Origin: Octopus vulgaris
Lineage: Eukaryota
Assembly: GCA_951406725.2 (NCBI GenBank)
Contig: OX597814.1
Location: 42,966,001-43,030,000, forward strand
DNA length: 64,000 nt
Reading direction: 5' to 3'
In this document: positions 11,889-26,466 of the stretch, one piece after another
How positions within the stretch are numbered: position 1 is the first letter of the stretch
Layout of the letters: each line of letters starts with the position of its first letter
Notes under the pieces: model-generated
Seen by the model: the letters and a program-made list of their open reading frames with translations, nothing else
What the model was told of the DNA's origin: nothing
Database searches by the model: none
Translations under genes and position numbers: made by a program

Positions 11889-14800
11889 CATATATATTTA
11901 TATACCCCGCCCATTCATACACAAACATACATTATTTAAGTTACGTTTTTCGGCCCATTTTTAACCTTTGCTATTGGTTTCAAATTTATGCAGAACACCA
12001 AATTCAGGTTAGGGAGAAAATCATAAACTCGATAAACATCGATAAACTCAGCTAGTACTTAATTTATCGGCCCGAAAGTATGAAAGGCCAGGTCAACCTC
12101 GACAGGATTTGAACTCAGAACGAGAAGACGGACGAAATACTGGTATTCTAATGACTTATTTTTTAAAATGTTAATATTATCCTTAAAAAGTATTAGATTG
12201 GTGATATGAGGCCGGAATTCCAAATGGCACTTCGTTTTCGTTTCCCTGTATTTAACCTTGCATAGATGTATAACATTTTTGTATGCCGTCTAAGTTTTTA
12301 ATGTTGAATGCGTGGTCATATTTGCATGTCACTCAAATGTTGGGCATTCTATACGAATATAAATGTTTTATTTATTATTTGGTATATGTTGTCATCAGTT
12401 ATTAATGCAGGTTTATATATTTGTATCTTGGTAAACATTCTTCATAAGTAGTCATATTTATGTTACTAAACATCTTACATCAAAGATGTTTTCTCCAGTC
12501 TCCTGTACAATGTACGAGTATAGAGAAAATGGAAATTAATAACCAGCTCTGAAAGCTTTTTGCTGCTCACCGTTTATAAAAGTGTTATGTTATCAAGGCT
12601 TGATAGTTCCTATAGAATATGACACGTGATATGTCTATATTTATAGCTGTGTTATGCTTCCATCTTGCTTCGGTAAGGCCCTATTTTCTCCAAAACTCAA
12701 GCTTTTAATGATTCGGTGAGCAATGTTTGCCGTTATATGTCGAACCAATTTCCTTCCTTGTATCCACATTTATTGAAATCCATCTGAAGTATTTTACATG
12801 GTAATAATGCATGAAAGAATCAAAGAAATGCCTAGATTTGGCTTCTAGTACATTAATCTCCTACCAGAATGTTTTGCTAAAAGTAACAATGGCAAACATT
12901 TTACATGGGAAGTAAAGCCTTATTTTACTTATTTCCAGTCCAAATCATATCTCATTCTCATATACACGCTTAAAAAATTGATACGACCAAATACAGAAAT
13001 TACTTCAACATGACTAAACCAATCAAAGAATTTAACCATAAATTTTAGATAACATTTGATTAGATATTGTAAGAAACGTTGTCTCATACTCAAGCTACGC
13101 TAAAACATGTTTCTTGCAATTTTTCGCAATCAAGTATCTCTTGTCAGCAACTGTTTTCCGATGGCAAGTCTTATGAATATTGGTTTTATATAAGGAACGA
13201 AAAATACAGCCATCTTAAAGAAAGAATAGTTATTGTCAACATAAATTCGTTTCACATTTCTTTCTGGACAAGACTGAGCAAAATCTGAGGGTTTCTGTGA
13301 GAATATTAATCGAAATGACTTACTGCTTCGCGCATGTGAAAGGCAGAATCAGTCAGATGTAACAGCCAGTTTGTGCAAATTTTCGGTTCTGACTTACATG
13401 AGCAAATAGAATGTTTGAAACAAAAGGTCCTCATTAATCGACTGAAATGTTCAAGAAATTTATTTTTCATTCATTTTTCTGACACAGACGATTACAAATT
13501 TTATTAAGTAATTCTATTAATTTCAATTCTATTTTCAATTCATTGACTGAACAATTTTTAACGTATTTCATTTTAAAATTCGCTTTCAAAACACATACGT
13601 GATTTAAGCAATATCGTCCGTTCAATTTTCTTATGGCGTTTCTAAACAACAATTTGTTTATTTGAGAACTGACTACAATATAATTTCAATTCAGGCAAAG
13701 TAGGTGTTATAATACTATCTTCTTACTGATATATTATTTATACGTTTTGAATAAGACACAAAAAACATACCGAAAGCCCCATTGATGCATAACCAACATC
13801 GTTTAATTGTACGTAACATTAAACAGAGAGATTTTATCTCGGAGTTGTCAATTGCTGTTTCCGCGATTACCACTTCAATTTCCAGTAGATTTGAAAAGAG
13901 ATGATAAATCTCAATACGAATATCTGAATAAAATATCAGATCCACCTCTGTATAACGAAGATACCCGATTTTCTGTTGACGAGGAATTTTCTTTCGGTAT
14001 CATTTATTTCTTGTAGAATATTGCATGCTGCGCTGATAAAGACTATCCTGGGATAACAGTTTGAATAGCGATGTCTAAGAATATTCACAACATGGAAACT
14101 TTCCAGTGGTATAATTTCGTTTACGTATACATATAAATCTGATACATACGCCAGATTATATACACAGAAATATAATTTCGGTTACACATGTTTTAATTCT
14201 ATTTTATTATTTTAACCCCCACATGCATTACCATAAGAAACAACGGCAATTGAGTAGAGTATGGATGTAAACACTATTACCTATGAAACTCTAGTTTGCC
14301 TCTATTGTTATCTATGTACCAGCAATATCATCTATAAAATGTTCTTTTTTTATTTCATTAACAAAATGAAATATTTTAGCACTTGTACAGGAACGAGGGA
14401 TATATTAAGTTATATATTTTGCCATGATATTTCATAGATTTATTTTACAGATATTTGAAAATATTTCTAGAATTAAATACGATCAACAGCATTACCTATA
14501 TCAGAAGTTGTATGAAATTTACTTCGCATATATTTGTTTCTATATTTTAAAAATCAAAATGTCTACAGTGTGTGGACTCTAAACCGTTTATAACATCAAA
14601 ATATTATCTTTGAGTGATTTGAAAATATGTACTTCAAGATTTGCCTGAATGTTGATATAACAGTTATATCACTATCAATCAATTCAAACTACCTGTGGGA
14701 AAGTAAACCCATATAATATGTATACACATGGAAAGAAAGTTTGTCCTTAATTTAAATTTAAATAGTGTAAAATATTAAAGTTTCTTTCATTTTACAACAA

Positions 14801-15177
14801 CTGTCATCAACCAACATGATCCTTTTAGAATTTTGACCACGCTTACCAAGATTCAATGAAATTAAATAAGATGTATGGGCAATTGGTGACGTCAAATTTA
14901 ATCCTTATCTCTAAGTATGCGCAGAAATAAATGCAGCTAGGGGGTCTTCAAAAACATATCGTATTATTCTTTAAAAAACATTTACATTACTTAATAAACA
15001 CATTGAAAATAAACTAACTTAAGTTAAAATGGCCAGTAACATTGTTTAATATAAAACTGAACTGCAGGTTATTAATTTTACACTGCCTACGCATTCCTTA
15101 TCTCAAATAACTGCAAGAAGAAATCAGTATATTCGATTAACAATAAATATTTGATAAACAAAATTCTAGCACATATG

Positions 15178-15217
<40 letters not shown>

Positions 15218-15421
15218 AACATACACGCATACATATATATATATATATGTATGTACACACATGCATATACATATGTATGTGCGTGCACGCTTCCGAGTGA
15301 GTATGTGAATTTATATATACATATATATATATATAAATATATATATACATATATATATATATAAAATATATATATATATATATATACATATATACATACA
15401 TACATATGTGTGTGTGTCCGC

Positions 15422-15500
<79 letters not shown>

Positions 15501-15990
15501 TAGATATAGATATATATATATAATCTCTCTAACTATATATATGTGCGTGTGTGTTTATATGCTAGCGTGTCTTGTTTTTCATTCCGTAACACACAGACGC
15601 ACTCTCTCTCTCTCTGTCTCTCTCTTTCTCCCGATCTCTCTACACATTCGTGTGTATATATAATTGTATGTACTATTAGGAGCGAAAAGGTGTTACAATA
15701 CTTATTAGTTTGCCTTATTTCAGCAGAATCATACATGTAAGTTTATTCATATTTGTTTGGTTAAATTTTAATTTGATAAATTACATTACAATTCTTTCAA
15801 TTTTTTGTTCATCAGATATTCTCAATATACAATATTTCAATTTGGAATTAAAATTAATTTAAAGATTTATTCTTAATAACATAGCACCGCTTGCATTCCT
15901 GCAGTCGAAAAATAGATGTTCTGGAAAATAAACAATTTTAAATCAAACTTAAACAGAAACCCACACGCCTATATTTATATGTATGAGTTA

Positions 15991-16039
<49 letters not shown>

Positions 16040-16139
16040 CGCTGAAAAATTTGCAAAATAATCCTTTTACAGATCTGTAAAACAGATCGAAAACAAAATA
16101 AAAGAAATCACAAGATCATTTCATATTTTACACACGCAC

Positions 16140-19100
16140 ATGGCAACACTAGAAGCCATACTTGTTAATGGGTGTAGTGCACCAAATGACCCAACTCCAA
16201 CAGGTCAGGGGTCACTTCAACGACCCGCTAACCAGCAACAAACAATATCCTGGTTGATAACGTTATCTGACCTAATTCCACCCAAGACTCACTATCACAA
16301 CAACAACAGCCTGCTACAGCTACTACATTGGAAGCACCTTGTTTGGCACCACTATCTGACCTGATTATAACCAGCCCTACTGTTGCAAGTCAAGTTTCAC
16401 TGCAGCTACAAGAACAACAACAACAATTTGCTAGTTCTACTACAATAGGACCACTGACCAACGAGCCTGCCAGAATAGAAATACCTCTACTACGCCCACG
16501 TCAAAAACCCTGTCGTTACCATTCTCAAGGCAACTGTAGATTTGACCCCAGCGACACCACCAACAAGGGACGGTGTACTTTTTTCCATCCTCCCTTATGT
16601 TGTAGACTTGTGAAGGGCACCTGTCCATATGGTATAACGGGAAAAACTGCTCTCACCTCCACCCCAAATACTGTCCTAAATACAGAGCCCATGGCCCTTA
16701 TCCCAAATATGGATGCACAAAAGGCAATGGATGTACCTTCTTGCATACGAAACTTCTCTGTCACTAAGGATGTGCTTGAACCCAAAATGCAACCACTGAA
16801 GGGCACAAAACGATTGCAAAATAAATATAAACAGCAACGGAGACGAACGACAACAACAAAAACAAAATACAACCACATTTCACCTCCTACAATCAAACAA
16901 CTAGGACAGAAACATGAAAACATCATAACACCAAATAACATAAACATGAACTATGCATTATCTGACCAAGTGGCAACCCTGAGGCAACTCTTTTTTACTG
17001 ACTTACCTAGAAAATATGAAGATCCAACGAGCTATCAACAACCATCTATGCAAATCACAAGGACCACACACCCACTACCAACTAGAAAATCACACACACA
17101 CAGCTCCATACAAAAACTACCCTCATTGCTACCACTGAACAACATAAAACGTAACGAAGAACAATGCAAACATCAAACTACTCTTACCTCGACATTCCTG
17201 TTAAATTTACGTGGCATCAACTCATCAATCATTTCCCAAAAATAGAAGATCCCATATGTAGAGGGTTGGCTTGCCGAAACGGCACATAGCTTCCCTTTCT
17301 TTATCCTTACTGAAACTCACCTAAACAACAATATATGGATGCTGAGGTGGAAATAAAAGATTTCTCCATCGTCCGTGCAGATCTCACAGACTGAAATAAA
17401 GTGGGGACAGACATCTTTCTCCATGGCTCCTTTTCAGTTGATGCCAAGGACATATTTTACAAAGGCATAATCATTGTCGGTCTTTACAGACCTCCCGAAG
17501 CACCTCTAAATTTCTTTGAAGAGTGCCTCCAAAAATTCAAGTCCTTCCTTCAAAAATACAAATCCGGAAACATACTAGTGATCGGTGATTTTAACCTCTC
17601 TCATATAAACTGGCCCACGAATACTCTGAAGTTAGGCAATGGCTCTATATCAGATAAAGCAGCAGCAGAATTACTCTTTAATCTAATGGATAATTTTTTC
17701 CTGACTCAGCTAGTGCTCGAGCCAACAAGACAGAATAAAACGATATTGGATATAATATTAACCAATCACTCTAGCTCCGTTCACAGTATTTCAGCTGGAA
17801 AAAACTATCCTCTCAGACCACGACATGGTACTCTGCAATTTTAATCCCCGGCATATAAAAACCAAACCAACCAATCCCACTCCGTGACATTCATTTGGCA
17901 ACATAAACTTCCACAAAGCGGACTGATGAGCAATCAGAAAGGATCTGTCTTTCATCGACTGGTCTTTTACTCTCAGTTCCACTCAAATTGAGACCGCATA
18001 GCAGCACTTTGATAAAATTGTCACCTATACATGCTCAAAGCACGCTCCTACGAAATCCACTAACACAAACAGAAACCTGCTCCCTAAAAATTAAAAAAAA
18101 CACTCATCAGGCGCATCAAAAGACTCAAATAAAATGAACTAATTATAATATTCCCACATAACATCCACATTCAACAACAATGAAAAGGCTGGAGTTGGGA
18201 AAACTTCATCTGCAGACCGACATGAAAACCTCCATTGAAAAACAAAGAGCTGTGGAGGAACAGTGGGTAATCAAAAACATCAAACAGAACACAAAAGTGT
18301 TCAATTCTTATGCAAATATGCATAGAACCACTGTCTCACCCATTGGACCATTGATTGATGATAACGGCATTCCCCAACACGATGGTAAAGAAATGGCAGA
18401 AATACTGCAAAAACAATACTGGTCTGTCTTTAGTGATCCCACTGATACTGACGTAAGAGAAGCGAACGAAGTTGATTCCCAACATAAAATCTCAGACGTA
18501 ACCTTCACTGCCTCTGACATCATAGCAGCAATAAATGAGGTCAAATACTATTCTGCCGTAGGCCCTGATAGATTCCCCGCTAGTCTCCTGAAGGAATGTA
18601 GTCACTAAATTGCAGTCCCTCTGACCAACCTGTTGAGAGCATTAAACAGGGTACAATATTAAACAGGGCAGCGCCTGTTGAGGAAAAGAAATTATTAAGT
18701 GGGCAGCAGTATTCGAGGGGTGACCGAACAAAGGAGGAGAAAAGTGGTATGATGACACCTTGTTCTCTGGAACGGCAGGTTCTTAAGATCCAGGAGTTCA
18801 TCCTACGAGCTATATCGACCTTATTGTTGATGTGGGCACTCCAACTGAGATTGTCAACAACAATTACGCCCATATTGTTAGAGGCTGTGAGCGGTTCCTC
18901 TATTATAGCGGTTCCTCTATTATATTCCTCGATCAGTACATTTTGCTTTTGTCTGCCCATTTACTCACAGCATATAGATCAGACTGAAGTTGAGTTCGGT
19001 CTGCTTCTTCATTGATGACTTGCTAGAGCTTCGTGTCAAAGGCAAATATGTTCTCTTTGCAGTGATGTACGACACTGGAAAGGTCATTTATGTAAATTAT

Positions 19101-20220
19101 AAAGAGGAGCGGGCCCAAGACAGTCCCCTGAGGGACACCGCTGGTGACTTTTGCTGGGCTTCAGTGGACTCCATCAACTACAACATGTTGTGTTCTATTC
19201 GCCAGGAAATACTTAATCCAGTGTAGAAGTTTTCCACAGATTCCAATATTTGCCAGTTTTGAGAGTAGGATATTATAGTCAACCCTATCGAACGCTTTAC
19301 TGAAGTCAAGATATATGACATCAGAATTGGAACCTGTTCCAAAGGCTTTCAGTATATCTTCAATGTGGTGCAAGAGCTGTGTTATACAATATCTTCCACA
19401 GAGAAAGCCATGCTGATTTGAATTTAGGAGATTGTGTGTTTCTAGGAAGTCAGCTATCCTTGAACTTGACACTCTTTCGAACACTTTAATGGTGTGGGAG
19501 GTGAGTGATATTGGGCGATAGTTGACTGCGAGGGATTTGTTTCCCTGTTTGAAACCGGGATGACAGACTGGGATAGAAGCTGTTTCGGTATTTAACCTCG
19601 AGGATTGAATCACCCCAGAGGGCACTCATTAAACGAATTGAAGGCATGACCGCTATTGATTATTGGGGCAGCCTTAAAGACTTGAAAAACTCTACTCTCC
19701 CCCGCGCCACCGCTAGCGGCACATCATTTGTACGATGTGGAGAATATACCGCCAACTTTGCACAAACGAACTGAGCATTAGTTTCAAAGTTCATCCAAGG
19801 CTGGGACCACGGTCATACGTTCCCTGCGCAATTCAGGATCACAGTATAGCATCATCCAAGGCTGGGACCACGGTCATACGTTCCTGCGCAATTCAGGATC
19901 ACAGTATATAGGTACACTGCAATATAATTTCTTTTTCTCAACAGGCCCTGCCTTGTTTAACATTGTCCCAAAAGAGATCAGAGAGGAGAAGGATCCATTC
20001 AACTTTAAACGGAGACTGGACAGATTTCTTCAAGGAATACCGGATTAGCCACACATAAATAGATACAACTCACCCAACAAGAACTCACTACTTGAATAGA
20101 CCATAAACAAAACTTGACTTAAACAGGACTTAGATAGTCCTATCAGGTGGCGCTATTAAGTTAGACATGGCCTGGACAAATCTTTGGTTGAAACATATCT
20201 AAGTCTAAGTTTATCTAAGT
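16140..20220 (+). mobile_element. Near full-length, decayed CR1-group LINE (CCCH-ZF ORF1, APE endonuclease, RT) with internal inversion
   Basis: ORF1 has tandem CCCH fingers (~16510-16750). APE motifs are LNLRG, LTETHL, GLYRPP, IGDFNLSHINW and ILDIILTN, followed by SAVGPDRFPASLLKEC (~18550). The RT core is on the minus strand at 18645-19625. The C-terminus (DYWGSLKDLK..LYS, FKRRLDRFLQGIPD) and a TCTAAG-repeat tail are on the plus strand at 19640-20220. Many stops and frameshifts. Confidence 0.88.
18645..19625 (-). pseudogene. Inverted reverse-transcriptase segment of the CR1-group LINE
   Basis: [45 protein letters not shown] and LSWSAHIN motifs on the minus strand (ORFs 19161..19625 and 18580..18960). 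Confidence 0.9.
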
Positions 20221-20221
20221 G

Positions 20222-20289
<68 letters not shown>

Positions 20290-20290
20290 T

Positions 20291-20430
<140 letters not shown>

Positions 20431-20659
20431 CTAGGAAGGTAGGTAGATTTGAGTGTGATTGTGATTGTTTGCCTATGTATAAAGATATATTTGTACGTAC
20501 AAATAAAATGTACATGCATACGCGTATAATATATTATATATATATATATGTATATATGTATGTATATGTATATACTATATGTATGTAATTTGTATATATA
20601 TATATATATATATATTTATATACTATATATATGTATGTATGTATGTATACACATACAAG

Positions 20660-21520
20660 GGGATGTTATGACAGTTGTACCGGTGATCTTAGGCAAACCC
20701 TTTTAGTTATTCCTAAAGGAACAAAAGCAAAAGAAATCAATTCATGCTTTAAAGCATCTCATCTTTGCCACTGCATAAAACTACTGAAGCTTGAAACACA
20801 TGTGCGACCATAACTCAAGGAGATAGAGTTTCTGGAAAGTTTGCTCTAGAATTATTAATTCTGAGAGCAGTAAGTGTACTTGTAGACAATGAAGGTGCAA
20901 TCATCAACAACGTCATACTAAATATCGGTGCACATTATAAGGATCACAAATCGTTAAGCCAAGGAGCAATTGTAGCCCCAAAGAATGTAATAGTGAATGC
21001 AATAAACTTTGATCCTCCAATGTGCCTTCTTGGAAATTACCAATCACACAAACCTATAGATGATGTTGAGCAATCAGGAATGTTAAATTATCCAGCCGTG
21101 TTTTAAAATACAGTGGAAAGACAAGGCTTTCGCTCTCATAAGATTGACAGAAAAAATTGAGCATCTATAATGATTCGGAAATATTTAGATACCCTAAAAC
21201 AATGTAATGGAACAAGACTTGTGAAAAAATGATGCTGTGTTATAGAAGCTACTCTCAGCATGTGGTGCATTTAATAATATATTCATTTAAAAAAAGTCTT
21301 TAACATCTACTGATTTATACTAAGATTGGCAATGTCCATCAATAAGTCTCAGACACAGACATTATCATGCAATGGTTTCAAATTAGATGAGCGTTGCGTA
21401 TATCATGGACAAGTGTAGATTTGATGCTCACTTGTTGGAACTTACTTCAAAATAATCTTTTTATCTCAAAACATCATTTATGCTCCATTAGAAAAAAAAA
21501 AACCCTAATAATGTTGTACG
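20660..21520 (+). mobile_element. Helitron RepHel (PIF1-like helicase) remnant
   Basis: GDLRQTLLVIPKGTKAKEINSCFKASHL (cf. Helitron GDFRQ.LPVIP), AIVAPKN, CNGTRL and AMSINKSQTQTL (cf. TINKSQGQ) in the expected order; heavily disrupted. Confidence 0.8.
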
Positions 21521-22533
21521 TGAAAACGTCTTATCAAACTTTGTTTTCTGTTTTGTCATTGAAGCTGTTAGAATCACAAAAGTTGTTATACTTGTAAATT
21601 TAAAATTGTTAATCAAAATAAGTATTACGAAAATTTATCAAGTTTAGGAAGACATTTCATAAAGATTTTTTTTTAACACGGGCTCTGCTTGGTGCATCTC
21701 TTAATCTGTACAATTTTATCATGCTTCTTTTTACCCTGTTTTACTGTTCTTCATTCTTTCATTCTTTATAATTTGACTTTTGAATAAGCTTGAATGCATA
21801 TACAGTACAAGAACCACTAAATGATCATCTGGATACCACTTAGGAGATGAAGTTTCATTTCTATGTTATATATTTTGTCTCTGCAGCAACTTTTTTAAAA
21901 TAAAATAATTTCTCAAATTTCTTGACTCTTTCTTAGTTACCGACGCCTGCTTATCTTTCATTACTTTTACAGTTGTCTTTTACCACTGTCCATGTTATAT
22001 ACATACTTATCCATTATCATCTAAACTGTCTTATTACGATTGATTCTATAGTCTTCATTTCACTATTCTTCACTAATCCACTATTCCACTAAACCTGGTT
22101 TCCTCCGGCTTTTTATTTTCTTAATTTTGTCCATATACTTCAATATCGTTGCAATACTAGAAGGATCTCATCTGTACCATTCCTTCTGAAAACAATATTC
22201 TGAGGGCCCTTGTGCGCAAATTGTTTCCATAATTTTGCTGTGTATTATGGCATCAGTATGCACGTGAATTCGGGTAACAAATATAATCGAATCAGCAGGT
22301 CACTAGGATTTTCGAAATAAGTGTATATATTACACCGATACTGTGCATTTACTTAGCATTTTTTAATGATATAAGCGATACAAGCCCATTTACCAACTCT
22401 TATACCCAGCAGTTGCCGTACGGTAATATGTATGTTTGTATACATGTATGTTTTATGTATACTTGTATGTATGTTGCCATGTATGTGTATATTATATATA
22501 TATATATATATATCATATGAACACATGTATTTG

Positions 22534-22574
<41 letters not shown>

Positions 22575-22783
22575 TCTTTTCTCTTTTACTTGTTTCAGAC
22601 TGCGGCCATGCTGGAGCACCGCCTTTAGTCGAGCAAATCGACCCTGGGACTCATTCTTTGTAAGCCAAGCACTCATTATATCGGTCTCTTTTGGCCGAAC
22701 CGCTAAGTGACGGGGACATAAACACACCAGCATCGGTAGTCAAGCAATGCTAGGGGAACAAACACAGATACACAAACGCATAT

Positions 22784-22821
<38 letters not shown>

Positions 22822-22900
22822 TTATACATGTATACGACAGACCTCTTTCAGTTTCCGTCTACCAAATCCACTCACAAGGCATTGGTCGGCCCGGAGCTAT
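22575..22900 (-). mobile_element. tRNA-derived SINE, 5'-truncated copy
   Basis: Closely similar to 11385-11800 (CTGCGGCCATGCTGGAGCACC, GCCGAACCGCTAAG, TTTCAGTTTCCGTCTACCAAATCCACTCACAAGG). Confidence 0.85.
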
Positions 22901-23026
22901 ACATACATAATACATGCATACTTTTTTTTCATTGCATTCCACATATTATTATTCTATATTTGTAATGCTATATATCAGCTTTGCATAGGTGTTCTTACGT
23001 TATTCTGACGCATATATCAAATGTTA

Positions 23027-24265
23027 TATTCGGTTGCTTCACATGAGATGTCGTAATTAAAATGTAACAATAAAATGTTTCAGAAGTGTTAGAGAACTAA
23101 TGTAATTTAATCAAAGTATTATCCATGTCCATTTATGACGTTTACCCAACGTTTCTCTATGTCATTTATTCCATCTTTAAAATAATCTTTTTCCTGTGAT
23201 AAACTTTCTGAATGCTTTAATTTCCTCTTTTCTATTTAAAAATGTTTCATCAATTATGAAAAGCTCAAAATGCTTAAATTTTTAATGACCGATAGGAGAG
23301 ATGTCAGAGGAATAGGGAGGGTATTGCAAAATCACATAATTCAAGATTTGCAACTTTTAGATCGTTGCTTGAGGAGTGTGAGGACCTGCATCATCATGGA
23401 GCAAAATTGGGCCACCTGTATTCACTAGTCTGGGTTGTTCCTTTATGAAATTCTCATGCGTACAATCAATTACCTGGTAATACGATGTTAATGTTACTGT
23501 TTTTCCTTGTTGCAAAATGAATAAAGAATAACTCCATTAGCAGACTACTATAGAGTGATCACTATCTTTCTAGGGTGCAATGGTAGGTTTCGGTAGTGTA
23601 TAGGTGACTTCCCTGCAACTAATCGCTGTCCTGATCTCCTGGTATTGTGAAAGAGTGTCCATTTCTCATCACAAGTAATGATTTTATGCTAAAATGAAGT
23701 TTTTCCAGTCGAAAAAGCGATAAGGAGCACACTTCGAGGCGTCTGTTTTTGTTTTTTTTTAATCTCGTTTATTCGAGGTTGAAGAAACCTATCCGTTTTC
23801 TTGACTTGCCCAATTTTTTGCAGGCGTCAAAAACAGTTCAAGCTCTGGTGATAATTTTTTGAATCTTTGTTCTCGAATTTTGTTCAACCAAAGCATTTAA
23901 TCCATCACGCCATATAACTGATTTTGGCCTAGCCCTTGTTTTATTTTTAATGCTATCATCTCCTGAATGAGAGCTTTGGAACGATCTCTGACCAATTCTG
24001 ATGTCTCAAAACCATTACCAAAGGCCCGCTTGACATTCCGTAGAACTTCTATGCCAGAATGACCAGTTTGTACTCATACGAGAAAATCACTTAGCATAAT
24101 TTGGTTATCATTTTCATAATGTCTGTTGATTCGAAGTTTGTATAACAATATTTTTTGGGGAAAGAAAAAGAGTCAAGATTAAACACAACGTATAAATAAT
24201 TGAGTTCTTAAATTACTGAAATAACATAATTCAAAATGCGACATTGCATATGAAAGAACCTAATA
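23027..24265 (-). mobile_element. Decayed mariner transposon, ~1.24 kb
   Basis: Minus-strand IITCDEKW (~23657-23682) and PILLHDDA (~23388-23411) motifs. Diverged TIRs: TATTCGGTTGCTTCACATGAGATGTCG at 23027 versus the reverse complement of the right end, TATTAGGTTCTTTCATATGCAATGTCG. Confidence 0.8.
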
Positions 24266-26406
24266 TTTTCTCCCCGGAAATCATACAACAAATACATTAA
24301 CGCTTCTTGCCTTTCATTTATTTGATGTATCCACATAAGAATTGATCACCTTGTACTTTAGGAGAAATAGAAATTATTTTATACATCTTCGTTACAAGTA
24401 TATCATTAAAAAGTTTATTTCAATGTGTGCATGAAAGAAAACCAATCAGAAATTTTCTCGATTAACCTTTTTAGTGAGCATTCATTTATTTTCATATTCG
24501 AGCACATTTGTTCATCGCGCATATATTATCAAACATTTTCCGATGTCTTATATATTCACCTAGGAAGATTCGTTACGCTATAATGGAACACGCTGTAATA
24601 TATTTTATTATCAAAAGTATATTGCTCTGCATATACTGTCTGCAGGCGTATAATATTTCGCTTTTCTACTTGAAAGGCGATTAATATAGACATAAATAAC
24701 ATTCATCTCCACATTGTTTTCTCAAGTAATCTTCCTTTATTATCTATATTATGCATATAAGGACTGAAAACTCAATTATGCCTTTTGAGAAAAGCAAAGC
24801 AGCAACAATGACTGGTATAAGTTAGTTCTAATGAAATTTTTGCATATGACTTTATAATTCTCTTTCAGCGACTATATTTGCAAGTGTTAGACCCACTTGA
24901 CTGCTATTACTTTCCACAGGCTTGCAGCTAGAGTACTCTTAAAATTTTGTTTAGCAGAGAAAAATGTAATATATACTAAGAACAGTAGTAAATGTTAAAC
25001 GTTAAATTCGAGGTTCCAAATATACATTTGTGACACTAAACAACCCCATTTATGAAAGTATCCGGCAAAGTATTTATTCTTTGAATGTACTATTAGTTGA
25101 AACATTTTTTTCTCATTACTATAACATCAATTATCTCATTTCGTTTCATAGAAATATACAACGTTGTAATTCATTACAATTTTAGTTGATAATATATCAA
25201 TTCCTAGCGGGCAACAAGAACGAAAAGAAACGCCCTTTATTATGGAAATATAAAAAAAAGTTAAAGTTAAGATGCTCTAAAACAAAATACACTAAATCTA
25301 GTGGAAACAGTTTGAATGGCGCACATCCAGATCATAAGCCACGCAGTTTTATAATAAAGTAAATATTTAAGTCAATAAATAATTTTCGGATTTCATTGAT
25401 GCTCCGAAGAGAATATATCTTTGTTTTCTCGTAAATAATTTTCAAGTCAGCAGGATGTCATCAGACTGCCTGTATTCATATAAATTACTTCCGTAAGTTG
25501 CTATAATGACACCGATCTATGAGGATTAAAGGAGCTATGTACAATTGCTACCTATCATATTTTAACAGATCACTGCATTGTAGAGGTAGTCATAGACCCC
25601 GTCTTTGGCAGTGAAAACATATCGCTTGCACCATTTTATTGATGAGTGGTTTTTCAAAAATCATCTGCACACCTTTATTCATAACCTTTGTTTTCTAACC
25701 TGCAAAATAGAGAGGAGTTGACAATAACACCAAAGAAATAATTGCGTGATATATACAATTAAAGCGTACAATATGTATTCAGATAATATTTGATAAAAGT
25801 AGAGGATGTACAATTATGCAGATGATTAATCTACGTGCACTTTTCATAATACTTCTCTAAGAATGTCGAATGCAAAACGACTTGTGTGTTAGAGAAAAGA
25901 AACATTTCATTTCTCATAAGAGTTCAGAGAAAACGTCAAAATTATTTAATGAGGCACATTGATGCATAACTCGGGTGGAAAATAGCGAATTAATTTACTA
26001 ATACTAGGACATCTCCACAAGACAACAGGTATTGCAAATGTGCCACAGATGCATCTTATAAATATCTAATCTGTTGATAAATGTTTTTAGTGATAACCTT
26101 TGATTTGTGCGATTGAAGAAAACATGTCTGCTTCTTTAACTGATTTGCAGACTTGTAATGCATCTCTGAGCACACCATTTAACTTTTTTTTCCGTTTAAT
26201 TTTGTGATGAGACTGAACAGTGGATTATACATGTAGCGAGCTTAGAATTTCTTTTAAGTAGGTAATATTGAAGTGATGCATCGTTTACAATTGATAAAAA
26301 AAACATGTCGTTGCATAATTCGCAGTGTAATGATATATTCCGATTAGTATGCTATTCGTCGTTTCTCGATCAATTTTAATCGTGGATGTAACACGTATGC
26401 ACAAAG

Positions 26407-26466
<60 letters not shown>

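Noticed and set aside
12500-14100. Long microsatellite-free stretch as a possible exon cluster or transposase
   Set aside because: No motif recognised in the frames examined, and stops are frequent.
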